This document shows positions 23,007 through 32,812 of a stretch of 32,896 nucleotides of DNA, one piece after another; position 1 is the stretch's first letter, and each line of letters begins with the position of its first letter. The stretch comes from a virus (lineage: Duplodnaviria > Caudoviricetes): the IMG/VR virus record IMGVR_UViG_3300027764_000018, positions 1 to 32,896 of that record. One strand, written 5' to 3'. The translations under genes were made by a program, and so were the position numbers. The notes beneath the pieces are model-generated. The model saw nothing but the letters and a program-made list of their open reading frames with translations. It searched no databases and was not told where the DNA came from.

Positions 23007-24538
23007 TGAAGACGCCCATACTGGGCAGCGCGTATGTGGCCCGTTCAGTAAACGCTGCCAACGCACGCATGGTAAACTTGTTTCCAGAAGCGGTGCCAGA
23101 AGGCGGCATAGAACCTGCGTTCATTCAGCGTTGCCCCGGCTTGCAGCTTCAGCAGACCATTGGTGATGGCCCGATCCGCGGGCTGTGGGCGCACCAGACA
23201 CGCGGCGATGACTTTTACGTCGTATCAGGCTTTGAAGTTTACAAGCTGTCTAGCCTTACTGGAACACCCACTAAGCTAGGCGACGTAACCGGCACTGGCC
23301 CTGTGTCCATCGCCGACAACGGCACACAGATATTCTTTGCCTGCAATCCTGACGCGTTTATTTATGACGAATCAACCAATACGTTTGGGCAAATCACCGA
23401 CCCTGACTTTCCGGGCGCCGTTACTGTCGGCTATCTGGACGGTTATTTTGTGTTCAACGAGCCTAATAGCCAGAAACTTTGGGTGACGCAGCTTTTTGAC
23501 GGTTTTCAGATTGACCCGCTAGAGTTTGCCAGCGCCGAAGGTAGCCCTGACGGCGTCGTTGGCATACTAGTAGACCACCGCGAATGTTGGGTGTTTGGTA
23601 CTGACTCGACCGAAGTGTGGTACAACTCTGGCGGTCTAGACTTTCCGCTATCACCGATCCAAGGCGCGTTCAACGAAATCGGTTGCGCTGCGCCGCACTC
23701 CATCGCCAAAATGGACAACACCGTGTTCTGGCTGGGTGCGGATGCACGCGGCCAAGGCGTCATTTACAGGGCCGCTGGCTATAGCGCACAGCGCATATCA
23801 ACGCACGCAATTGAATGGCAAATCCAAAACTATCTAGATATGAGCGACGCTGTAGGTTACACCTACCAGCAGGACGGCCATGCGTTCTACGTCCTGTCGT
23901 TCCCGTCCGCAGATGAAACTTGGGTTTACGATGCTGCCACTGGCGCGTGGCATCAGCGGTCATCTTATTCCGCTATCGCGCCGGGTGAAGGCGCGTTTGA
24001 GGCCGAATCGTTTTTTTCCGGCGCATTTTACATTGTGCAGCCGCTTACGCCTTCCGGCGTCAGCGGTAGGTTCTCACGTCACCGCAGCAATTGCCAGTGT
24101 AACTTCCAAGGCAATATCATCGTCGGTGACTACGCCAACGGCAACATCTACACGTTTGAATTAAATGTTTTTGAAGACAACGGAATAGCGCAGCGTTGGT
24201 TGCGGTCGTGGCGCGCGCTGCCGACAGGCCAGAACAATCTCACGCGTACAGCAAACCATAGCTTGCAGCTTGAGTGTGAGACAGGCGTTGGCTTGAACGA
24301 CGGCCAAGGAAGCGACCCGCAGGCCATGCTCCGCTGGTCCGACGATGGCGGTCATACATGGTCTAACGAACACTGGGCGTCTATGGGCAAGATAGGCGCA
24401 ACTGGCACCCGCGTCATTTGGCGCCGGCTTGGCATGACGCTCAAGCTGCGCGACCGCGTCTACGAAGTGTCTGGCAGTGACCCTGTCCGTATTTACTTGA
24501 CCGGCGCTGAATTGCAACTGAGCGGCACAAATGCCTAA
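23006..24538 (+). CDS. tail hub / DNA stabilization protein, P22 gp10-like
   Basis: VNLFPE, FASAEGSPD, YQQDGHAFYVL.FP...TWVYD, LRWSDDGGHTWSNE and WRRLG...DRVYE. Confidence 0.9.
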   Translation: MKTPILGSAYVARSVNAANARMVNLFPEAVPEGGIEPAFIQRCPGLQLQQTIGDGPIRGLWAHQTRGDDFYVVSGFEVYKLSSLTGTPTKLGDVTGTGPVSIADNGTQIFFACNPDAFIYDESTNTFGQITDPDFPGAVTVGYLDGYFVFNEPNSQKLWVTQLFDGFQIDPLEFASAEGSPDGVVGILVDHRECWVFGTDSTEVWYNSGGLDFPLSPIQGAFNEIGCAAPHSIAKMDNTVFWLGADARGQGVIYRAAGYSAQRISTHAIEWQIQNYLDMSDAVGYTYQQDGHAFYVLSFPSADETWVYDAATGAWHQRSSYSAIAPGEGAFEAESFFSGAFYIVQPLTPSGVSGRFSRHRSNCQCNFQGNIIVGDYANGNIYTFELNVFEDNGIAQRWLRSWRALPTGQNNLTRTANHSLQLECETGVGLNDGQGSDPQAMLRWSDDGGHTWSNEHWASMGKIGATGTRVIWRRLGMTLKLRDRVYEVSGSDPVRIYLTGAELQLSGTNA

Positions 24539-25178
24539 CGACCAACTTACCCGCATCCCCGCGTCGCGCGTCCCAATTACGGACGCGTCTGACGGCACGG
24601 TTACGCGTGAGTGGTACAGGTATCTGTTTAACTTATTTACATTGACGGGCGGTGGTCAAGCTAACTCGGCTGCAAGTTCGTCTTTTGGGCAAGACTTGGC
24701 CCCGCTGTACACACCGCAGAACGTAGTTAAGCGTAACGGCGCGTTCTTTGACACGACTACGCAAACAGCAGCCGTCATCAACACAGCGTATCCAATTACG
24801 CTTAACTCTACATCTGCGACACAAGGCGTCTACATCGGCGGAACTACATCGCAAGTGTTTGTGGATCGGGTAGGCAGCTATAACTTTCAGTTTTCTATCC
24901 AACTTAGCAAAACGACTGCCGGTGCAGGCAACGTCTTTATCTGGTACAGAGTAAACGGCGTTAACGCGGCAAGTTCTGCATCCAGCGTAACATTGGCCGG
25001 AAGCGGTTCAACAGTTGTCGCTGCATGGAACTTTGTGGTAAAGCTAAACGCAGGAGATTATTTTGAACTGGTTTGGTCTACTGATAACACAGGCTGCCAA
25101 ATTCTTGCAGCGGCGGCGAGCGCCCCTGTACCCGCAATTCCGTCCGTCATCCTGACGGTCACTGATAACATTAACTAG
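24531..25178 (+). CDS. tail protein (needle/fibre-like, C-terminal beta-sandwich)
   Basis: TREWYRYL N-terminus; GSYNFQFSIQL...LNAGDYFELVW. Confidence 0.7.
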   Translation: MPNDQLTRIPASRVPITDASDGTVTREWYRYLFNLFTLTGGGQANSAASSSFGQDLAPLYTPQNVVKRNGAFFDTTTQTAAVINTAYPITLNSTSATQGVYIGGTTSQVFVDRVGSYNFQFSIQLSKTTAGAGNVFIWYRVNGVNAASSASSVTLAGSGSTVVAAWNFVVKLNAGDYFELVWSTDNTGCQILAAAASAPVPAIPSVILTVTDNIN

Positions 25179-25187
25179 GGTTTAGAT

Positions 25188-25979
25188 ATGACTGTTCTTG
25201 CTCAACAACCTAAAGCACAATTCTTCGATGCTAACGGTAGCCCGTTGGTCGGCGGCAAGGTCTATACCTATGCAGCCGGTACGACAACGCCGTTGGCTAC
25301 ATATACGGATGCGTCGGGGGCTACACCTAACACCAACCCAGTTATTCTGGACTCCCGCGGCGAATGTAACCTGTGGTTCTCTACAGCTACTAGCTACAAG
25401 GTAGTCTTGGAAAGCGCGACTAACGTGCTGCAATGGTCCGTTGATAACATTGCAACCTACGGCACTATCACCAGCCAGAACTCCAACAACGTGGCGATCA
25501 CCGGCGGCACAATCGCCGGCGTCACAATCACAACATCCACCATCACCGGCGACATATCCGGCAACGCTGGCACCGTCACCAACGGTGTTTATCTGACAGC
25601 CACCCAGACGCTGACAAACAAGACCATCACAGGTCTGGCGTCGGCATCAACGGTCAAAGACAGCCTCGGTACGGATTACACTATCGGCTACCGCAGCATC
25701 CCGCAAAGCCTTAACACGACCGCCGCCGCTTCCGACATCGGAAAGCATCTGTATGTGTCGGCTACCACCACAATCCCGTCGGGCGTGTTTGTCGCGGGTA
25801 ACGAGTTTCTTGTTGTCAACAGCAGCGCCAGCACCGTCACATTGACGCAGGGGGCGGGCACGACGCTACGGCTCGGCGGCACTGCGACCACCGGCAGCCG
25901 CACCATCGCGGCTTACGGTGTGGCTAACGTGCTGTGCGTCGGCACTGAAACATTCTACGTCACCGGCAACGTAACCTGA
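25188..25979 (+). CDS. tail fibre/spike protein with virion-binding N-terminal domain
   Basis: QFFDANGSPLVGGKVYTYAAGTTTP..TY.D.....NTNPVILDSRGE, which resembles the P22 tailspike head-binding domain. Confidence 0.8.
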   Translation: MTVLAQQPKAQFFDANGSPLVGGKVYTYAAGTTTPLATYTDASGATPNTNPVILDSRGECNLWFSTATSYKVVLESATNVLQWSVDNIATYGTITSQNSNNVAITGGTIAGVTITTSTITGDISGNAGTVTNGVYLTATQTLTNKTITGLASASTVKDSLGTDYTIGYRSIPQSLNTTAAASDIGKHLYVSATTTIPSGVFVAGNEFLVVNSSASTVTLTQGAGTTLRLGGTATTGSRTIAAYGVANVLCVGTETFYVTGNVT

Positions 25980-25991
25980 TAGGACCGGCTC

Positions 25992-26330
25992 ATGCCAATT
26001 ATCGCAGCAAACATCATTCCGGCTAAGAACATGGAAAACGCCCAGACAGTGCAGTATGTGTCGCCAAGCAGCACCACGACTATCATTGACAAGTTCACCG
26101 CGACTAACTTCAGCAGCGGCATGGTCAACGTGAGCGTCAACTTAGGCGCGGTCGGTGCGGCCACAGGGAACGACAACCTGATCGTCAAGACGCGGACGCT
26201 GCAACCCGGCGAGACGTACACCTTTCCAGAAATCGTAGGCCACATCCTGCCGTCCGGCGGGTATGTATCGACGCTTGCGTCGGCAGCCGCCGCAGTCAAC
26301 CTGCGCGCGTCTGGCCGCGAAATTAGCTAA
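25992..26330 (+). CDS. small tail-associated protein (112 aa)
   Basis: AGGA RBS; beta-rich; ends ASGREIS. Confidence 0.75.
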   Translation: MPIIAANIIPAKNMENAQTVQYVSPSSTTTIIDKFTATNFSSGMVNVSVNLGAVGAATGNDNLIVKTRTLQPGETYTFPEIVGHILPSGGYVSTLASAAAAVNLRASGREIS

Positions 26331-26872
26331 TGAAGAATTTTCTACGCATTGCTGAAGGATTAAATACGGCTTCTGTTTTGCGGGAGTTGGTTACGCAACC
26401 AGAGTTGTGGGACCAGAACACACTTCGCACCGTCCACCCTGATACCGCTCATGCAGATGTTAGCGACATTTGGCTATGGTTTAACGAAATCCCTGAAGAC
26501 CCTAACGGCGTTGTCAATGACATTCAGACTGTAGAATATCCAGCATGGACGCGCCTACCATCGCTGCGTCGCATGGTGCTAGACCTAATCCACCGCGTCA
26601 ACGGCGTTCAGCTTGGCCGTTGCATCATCACTAAGCTGCCGCCGGGCGGTGAGATTACGCCGCACGTTGACGGCGGCGCTCCAGCCGAGTTTTACATCCG
26701 CTACCAGATCGCACTTCAGTCGCTCCCCGGTGCGCTGTTCCATAGCGGCGACGAAACGGTTAGTTTCCGTGGCGGCGAAATCTGGTGGGTCAATAATCGC
26801 GTAACACATTCTGTTGTAAATAACAGCGCAGATGATAGGATAGTCTGCATTGTAGACATCAGGAGCGCGTAA
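26330..26872 (+). CDS. 2OG-Fe(II) dioxygenase, aspartyl/asparaginyl beta-hydroxylase-like
   Basis: L.PGG.I.PHVD (HxD), RYQIAL, GEIWWVNN...HSVVN....DR (distal His and 2OG-binding Arg). Confidence 0.85.
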   Translation: MKNFLRIAEGLNTASVLRELVTQPELWDQNTLRTVHPDTAHADVSDIWLWFNEIPEDPNGVVNDIQTVEYPAWTRLPSLRRMVLDLIHRVNGVQLGRCIITKLPPGGEITPHVDGGAPAEFYIRYQIALQSLPGALFHSGDETVSFRGGEIWWVNNRVTHSVVNNSADDRIVCIVDIRSA

Positions 26873-27327
26873 TGATAACGGCACAAGTCGAGCCTTACAA
26901 GGATTGCCTACCAGAGTTGATGGCGTGTTACGGCGCTCACTGGGAAGAGTTGGCGCTAAACAAAGACAAAGTACCGCTTGATCCGCAGTACGACATCTAC
27001 GAAGCGCGCGACGACGCAGGACAACTGTTGCTGGTAACGCTACGCGAAACTGGCCGTTTAGTGGGATATTTTATAGGTTTTATCGCGCCGGGGCTACATT
27101 ATCAAACGTGCCTAACGCTGACGATGGACATCTTTTGGACGCACCCAGATGTGCGTGGTGGATTTAGTGGCGTAAAACTCTTTCGTTTAGTCGAAAAAGA
27201 AGCTAAAAGGCGAGGCGTACATCGTATCTTTTACGGCTCCAAACTTCACAAAGACGCCTCACGGCTGTTTGAGTTTTTAAAAATGGAACCTGTAGAAACA
27301 TACTACAGCAAGTGGATCGGGGAATAA
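26872..27327 (+). CDS. GNAT-fold N-acyltransferase
   Basis: GRLVGY, DIFWTHPDVRGG..GVKLF..VEKEAKRRG (motif A). Confidence 0.82.
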   Translation: MITAQVEPYKDCLPELMACYGAHWEELALNKDKVPLDPQYDIYEARDDAGQLLLVTLRETGRLVGYFIGFIAPGLHYQTCLTLTMDIFWTHPDVRGGFSGVKLFRLVEKEAKRRGVHRIFYGSKLHKDASRLFEFLKMEPVETYYSKWIGE

Positions 27328-27328
27328 C

Positions 27329-28885
27329 ATGGTCGCAGCAGCAGTAATTGGATCGGCAGTTGTCGGCGCCGCGGTGTCCTCTAAGGCGTCTAGCAAATCC
27401 GCTAAGGCACAAATAAGCGCGTCTAACACTGCGGCAGCAGCGCAGAAAGAAGCATCTAACACTGCGGCAGCAGCGCAAGAACGTGCAGCGGCGCTGGCGT
27501 TAGAAGCACAACGCACCGCGTCGGCTGAGTCCATCGCCGCGGCAAAAGAAGCAGCCGCGATAGCGCAGCAGGCGCAGAATGAAGCAAACTTCCAAGCGCA
27601 GAATTTAGAACGCCTGCGCTACAATGAAGCGCGTATAGCGGACGAAAAAGCGTTTACTGGCGCGGAAGCAGCTTTGGGTAAGGGTTACGACACCGCTCTA
27701 GATGCGTACCGATCTTCATACGCGGCGGCGCAGGCTGCTAGCGATGCGGGGTTTGGCACCGCTTTGGGCGATGTCAACAGGGGTTTTGATACCGCGCTAA
27801 CCGACGTTAACCGGGGTTATGACGAAGCGCAGGCCGCCGCGGAACTGGGGTACACTACCGCGCGCGGTGATTTTGAGCAGGCGTACCAGCGGCAGGGCGA
27901 ATTCCAGCAGCCATATATAAGAAGCGGCCTTACTGCCCAAGAGCAGATTATGCAGCTTATGGGCCTTGGCGGCGACACAACCGCTGCCAATTACGGCGAG
28001 TACGCGCGGCCTTTTGGTACAGACCAGTTCCAGCAAGACCCCGGTTATGCCTTCCGTCAAGCAGAAGGTTTAAAGGGGTTAGAGCGATCAGCATCTGCGC
28101 GCGGCGGCATATTGTCTGGCGGTGCGCTAAAGAACATCCAGCGGTTTGGTCAAGACTTAGCCAGCCAAGAATATCAAAACGCATTTAACCGCGCTCAAGC
28201 TGAACGCGCAGCGCGCCTTAACACGCTTGGTGGTTTGTCAGCTTCGGGTCAGGCAGCGTCAAATGTTATGACGGGTGCTGCGGGAACGCTTGGGTCAAAC
28301 AATGCGGCTAACGCTTTGGCGCGGGCGCAGGCGACATCCGCAAACTCTATAGGTCGCGGGGTTACAACAGGCAATCTTGCTACGAGTCGCGGTGCGGCTA
28401 CGAGCGATATTGCTATGCGACGCGGTGCAACAACATCAGCAAATGCATTAAACCTTGGCGAAGCAACCGCGGGGATTGGTTTGGCCCGCGGTAACACAAG
28501 CGCCCAAAACTTTTTGAACCAAGGCGCGATGACCAAAGCAAACGATGAGGCGTATTACGGCAGAGTAGGGGGTCTTACGCTGGACCGAGGCACGAACATT
28601 GCAAATAACGCCTTCTATGTTTCAGACGCGGCGCAACGCGGCGCGCAGAACATAGGAAACGCTGCAACAACAGGCGCGTACAATGTTGGCAACGCGGCTT
28701 CTCGGAGCGCGTATGATGTCGGCAACGCTAACGCTAACGCCGCGATAAACGCAGGCAACGCCCGCACGTCTGGTTACGCAGGGACAGCTAACGCGTTTAC
28801 CAACGCTCTGGGCCAAATAACGGGTTACGCCATTAACGCGCCTATGGATAAAGCCATAATGGGCTACTACGCGCGTAAAACTTAA
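27329..28885 (+). CDS. DNA ejection / internal virion protein 1 (P22 gp7-like), extended by 11-residue repeats
   Basis: Gly/Ala-rich N-terminus; core QPY...G, DPGYAFR..EG, SA.ARGG.LSG..LK....GQ.LASQEY. Confidence 0.8.
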   Translation: MVAAAVIGSAVVGAAVSSKASSKSAKAQISASNTAAAAQKEASNTAAAAQERAAALALEAQRTASAESIAAAKEAAAIAQQAQNEANFQAQNLERLRYNEARIADEKAFTGAEAALGKGYDTALDAYRSSYAAAQAASDAGFGTALGDVNRGFDTALTDVNRGYDEAQAAAELGYTTARGDFEQAYQRQGEFQQPYIRSGLTAQEQIMQLMGLGGDTTAANYGEYARPFGTDQFQQDPGYAFRQAEGLKGLERSASARGGILSGGALKNIQRFGQDLASQEYQNAFNRAQAERAARLNTLGGLSASGQAASNVMTGAAGTLGSNNAANALARAQATSANSIGRGVTTGNLATSRGAATSDIAMRRGATTSANALNLGEATAGIGLARGNTSAQNFLNQGAMTKANDEAYYGRVGGLTLDRGTNIANNAFYVSDAAQRGAQNIGNAATTGAYNVGNAASRSAYDVGNANANAAINAGNARTSGYAGTANAFTNALGQITGYAINAPMDKAIMGYYARKT

Positions 28886-28908
28886 TTAATCGCCAAAGGT
28901 TTATTGAT

Positions 28909-30624
28909 ATGCAAAACCAAATGATGCCCAAGATAAACTTGCTTCAGATGCCAGACCCGGCTGCGCGGACCGCGAAGTACGTCAACATGATGAACGCGGC
29001 GAAGCAGTTAGAGGCGGATCAGCGTCAAGCCGACATAGCGCAACGAACGTTGACGCTGCGGGAAAAAGAAGACACCCGCGAAGAGGCGTTGCAAGCCCCA
29101 AGACTAAATAAAGCGCAGCAAGAAAATATACTTGATGCGCTAAAGATATTCCGCGAAGGCGTCGCCGACATAGCGGAGGGCGACGTTGCCGCCGCTGAAG
29201 CGGTACGTGCTGACTTAGTGGCGCGGATACCGGGGTGGGATAAGGTCATACCTCCTGCAACTACGTGGGACCGCGATACGCGGTACAGGCTTATGGTTGA
29301 AGCCGACAAAGAGTATGATAAAACTTTTGCAACGCCCGTTGCCAGTGTGGGCGTTAATGACCTCACAGGGCAAACGACCAGCATCACCGCGGGCGGCGTA
29401 GACCCGCGGGCAGAAGTTATTGGCGAAGTCGCGCCTAGAACGCCGATGGCACCGGCACCGCGGGCAACACCTCCCGCGCCGACAGCAGCGCCAGCTAATC
29501 CTTTTGCGCCCGGCTACACACCCAACACCGCGGCGGCACCCCCCAATTCGCTTTCGCTGGTTGTAGACTCCGCGCTGGAAACGGGCGTTATGGCAAAGGC
29601 CGACTTTGACAAGCTGGTTAGTATTGCCCAACCCGGAAGCGGACCAAAACTTGAGGCTTGGGCACGCCAAAATAATATAACTATTGCGCCAAACGTCCCC
29701 GGCGTTACCGACAATCAGATGCGCGGGGCGCCAGCAGATTTTCAAGCGTCGCCCATGTCGTATGACGGCCAGACACCTGAGTCGCAGTTTGCCGTCTACC
29801 GCGGCCAACCGATGCAATCGCAAACGGCTGGCTTAGATAGCGCGCCGCAAATGCAGAATGTGATGGCCCAGTCGCAGGGCCGCACACCGTTTATAATGCG
29901 CCGCGAATCGCCGGCCCCCGGCGTGTACGGCGTACCTACCGGACAGGTAGCAGCAACATCGCAGGCACAACGCCCATCAAAGCAAGAAGTATATGAAACG
30001 GAACTAGCAAAAATTAGAGCGGCGCGTGATGCTGGGCCTGCGCCAGTAACGGCGCAGCAGAAAATTGCACGTAAGAGTGAAGTAGCACAGGCGTACAGCA
30101 AAGCGCAGACGCTTATAGACAAAGCGTACAACCCGAAAGAAGGCATTATCTCGATAGCCAATAAAATCAAAATGCTTTCCCCCGACCAGAAGGAAGCTAT
30201 TACTGGCTACAGCGGGTACGTTCCTTCGTTCCGCGAATCCAGTAGAGAAGCGGACACGCTTTTTGGTAACTTAAAAGGTGTTGTTACGTCGCTGGGTAAA
30301 GATGCTGCCGCTGCTTCCGGCGCAGTCGGAAACATGGCGGTGCAAGAATGGAAGATTGCTGCCGACATGATTGCCAATCTTGATCTTGCAAATATGACAC
30401 CCCGCGCGCTTGACGCGCAGATGGACCGTATCATCGAACAAGTTCGCAACGCAACCAATCTTGCTGAACGAGTGTACGATATTCAGTACGGCGATGATGT
30501 TAAACAATACCCTGCGTTTAAGCTGAGAGGAACTCCGCCCGCCAGAACAAAAACGCCGGTAGCTAAAGGTGGGTCTAGGATTTCGCCTGACATTGACAAG
30601 ATATTGAAAAGCCGCGGCATATGA
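28909..30624 (+). CDS. DNA ejection / internal virion protein 2
   Basis: Synteny; Gln/Ala/Pro-rich, predicted helical or disordered. Confidence 0.65.
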   Translation: MQNQMMPKINLLQMPDPAARTAKYVNMMNAAKQLEADQRQADIAQRTLTLREKEDTREEALQAPRLNKAQQENILDALKIFREGVADIAEGDVAAAEAVRADLVARIPGWDKVIPPATTWDRDTRYRLMVEADKEYDKTFATPVASVGVNDLTGQTTSITAGGVDPRAEVIGEVAPRTPMAPAPRATPPAPTAAPANPFAPGYTPNTAAAPPNSLSLVVDSALETGVMAKADFDKLVSIAQPGSGPKLEAWARQNNITIAPNVPGVTDNQMRGAPADFQASPMSYDGQTPESQFAVYRGQPMQSQTAGLDSAPQMQNVMAQSQGRTPFIMRRESPAPGVYGVPTGQVAATSQAQRPSKQEVYETELAKIRAARDAGPAPVTAQQKIARKSEVAQAYSKAQTLIDKAYNPKEGIISIANKIKMLSPDQKEAITGYSGYVPSFRESSREADTLFGNLKGVVTSLGKDAAAASGAVGNMAVQEWKIAADMIANLDLANMTPRALDAQMDRIIEQVRNATNLAERVYDIQYGDDVKQYPAFKLRGTPPARTKTPVAKGGSRISPDIDKILKSRGI

Positions 30625-32627
30625 GCGCGCGTGATTTACAGCGTCTGGAAACAGGCATCCGCCAAGCGCACAAGCAAGGCGACACCAAAACGGTTGACGT
30701 TCTTGGTGCAGAACTGCGGCGCGTCCAAAAAATGCAGCCGCCAAAGAAAGCGCCGCCTAAGCGTTCGTTGTTTGGCGCCGCTGTTGAAGCCATACCTAAT
30801 ATCCCATCCAGTGCTGCTGAATTTGCAACAGGGTTTTACACCGCCGTCACTAACCCCATTCAGACGGCTAGCAGTATGATGGATATTGCGGCAGGCGGCT
30901 TAAAGGCGGGCGCGGAACAAGTGCTGCCGAAGAACGTGTACAATTTTATCAATGATATGGACCGCGACCCCAAATCGGCGGAACGAGCCATGCGTGCGGC
31001 TCGGCAATTTGGCGGCCAGATGGCTGACCGCTACGGTACATATGACGCCTTTAAAAATACGCTGGCAACTGATCCGGTAGGTTTCGCGGCTGATATGTCA
31101 ACGCTGCTGTCGAGCGGGTCCAGCGTTGCTGCGCGCGCAGGTAAAACTGGTACCGCTGGCGTACTAAATAAAATGGCGCAAGCCACAAACCCAGTAAATG
31201 TGCTGCGGCCTGCTGGCCGTGCTGTTGCCAAAGCCGCAGAACGCGCACCACTTAAAATCTCTAACGCTTTGGCGCCTAAGTCGGCGGCGTATATGGAAGC
31301 CGCTGAAGGCCGCGCTCCAGAACTTATCGCCCAGCTTCGCGCGCCCGGTGAGATTGTGCCGGGCAGCAAACCAACCGCCGCGCAGCAAGCGTCGCCTTTG
31401 GGCCTGACTAAATTTTCTGCGATGGGCGAAGCCAGCGCCAAAGCAAAGCCATCTGAGTATCTGGCCCGCGCAAACGAAGCCGAAGCGGCGCGGCTTGCCA
31501 GCCTTCGGACAGTTGGTAAGACACCTGCCGACCGCACGGCGGCGGTCAACGCGCGCAAGGCAGCTACAGACCCGCTATACGCTGCTGCTGAAGCACAGAA
31601 GTTCCGCGCTGATCCGAAACTTATGCAGTTGGCTGACGATCCGTACATCAAGCAGGCGATGCCAGATGCGGAACGACTTTCTGCCTCGCAGGGCGTGACG
31701 TTTGATAACAACCCAACGCGGTATATCCACAACGTTAAAATTTCGTTGGACAAGATGCTTACGAAAACCGGCGAGACTGCATTGGCGTCTACTGAACGCG
31801 CGCAAGTTGCAAAGGTAAAGACGCAACTGGTTAATTGGCTGGAGTCTAAAGCGCCTGATTACAAAACCGCGCGCACGACATTTGCCGAAAAGTCTAAGCC
31901 GATCAACCAAATGGAAGTCGGCCAATATCTTGAAAGTAAACTTACTGCACCGCTAGAAGGCGGCACCGAGCGCGCCGGCGCGTTTGCGACCGCCGTAAGG
32001 GACGCGCCGGGGACGTTGAAGCGCGCGACTACTGGCGAAGCGCGGTATAAGGAACTGACTGATGTGCTTACGCCTGAGCAGGCGGGTGTTGTTAATGCTA
32101 TACGCGACGATTTAAATCGCGTTCAGACTACCAAAACGCAAGCCCAGAAGGGTGCTTCCGCTGCGCCGCGCATTTCTCAGTTGGCGTCGCAGATTGGAGA
32201 TGCACCCGCAGTTCTGAACCGTGTTGTGACCATTGCAAACACGATTTTCAACCGTCTTCAAGGCCAAATCGACCGTAAATTAGCTATCGAAATTGCCACA
32301 GAAATGCTTGACCCGAAAGTAGCGGCTGCGGCTATAGAAAAAGCAGCGACGCGGGAGAGACGAGCAACCAAAACAGGCCGCGTTACGGGTGCCACCGCCC
32401 GTGGTACAGGCAAAGTCTTGGGTTCGACGGCGGCTAAGGTTGGCGCGCAGACGCAGAACATCATGACGCAGGCGCAAAACCAAAACGCCATGAACAACAT
32501 ATACGGCATCACTGAATTCCCTGATTTCGATCCTGAAACTGGTGAGCCGCTGATAGATATTGATTACTCCGAAGGGTATCCTGTACCGATATACGGCACG
32601 GTATCCCGCAACATGATGAGGCGCTAA
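30621..32627 (+). CDS. DNA ejection / internal virion protein 3
   Basis: Synteny; 668 aa Ala-rich helical protein; ATGA-coupled. Confidence 0.65.
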   Translation: MSARDLQRLETGIRQAHKQGDTKTVDVLGAELRRVQKMQPPKKAPPKRSLFGAAVEAIPNIPSSAAEFATGFYTAVTNPIQTASSMMDIAAGGLKAGAEQVLPKNVYNFINDMDRDPKSAERAMRAARQFGGQMADRYGTYDAFKNTLATDPVGFAADMSTLLSSGSSVAARAGKTGTAGVLNKMAQATNPVNVLRPAGRAVAKAAERAPLKISNALAPKSAAYMEAAEGRAPELIAQLRAPGEIVPGSKPTAAQQASPLGLTKFSAMGEASAKAKPSEYLARANEAEAARLASLRTVGKTPADRTAAVNARKAATDPLYAAAEAQKFRADPKLMQLADDPYIKQAMPDAERLSASQGVTFDNNPTRYIHNVKISLDKMLTKTGETALASTERAQVAKVKTQLVNWLESKAPDYKTARTTFAEKSKPINQMEVGQYLESKLTAPLEGGTERAGAFATAVRDAPGTLKRATTGEARYKELTDVLTPEQAGVVNAIRDDLNRVQTTKTQAQKGASAAPRISQLASQIGDAPAVLNRVVTIANTIFNRLQGQIDRKLAIEIATEMLDPKVAAAAIEKAATRERRATKTGRVTGATARGTGKVLGSTAAKVGAQTQNIMTQAQNQNAMNNIYGITEFPDFDPETGEPLIDIDYSEGYPVPIYGTVSRNMMRR

Positions 32628-32629
32628 CA

Positions 32630-32812
32630 ATGACAACTATCGACCAGACCCAAGCGCAGCTTAACACGCACGAACAAGTTTGCGCGTTCCGGTACGAAAG
32701 TATCTGCGCGCGTCTAAAGCGTCTGGAAAGCATTGGTATTGGTGCTTGCGGAACCATCATTGTACTGCTCGTTGGGATACTAGTAAGCCTGTTACAAAAA
32801 GGCGCTGTATGA
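32630..32812 (+). CDS. putative holin (single C-terminal TM, HE.VC..RY motif)
   Basis: Hydrophobic stretch IGIGACGTIIVLLVGILVSLL; directly upstream of the endolysin. Confidence 0.65.
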   Translation: MTTIDQTQAQLNTHEQVCAFRYESICARLKRLESIGIGACGTIIVLLVGILVSLLQKGAV

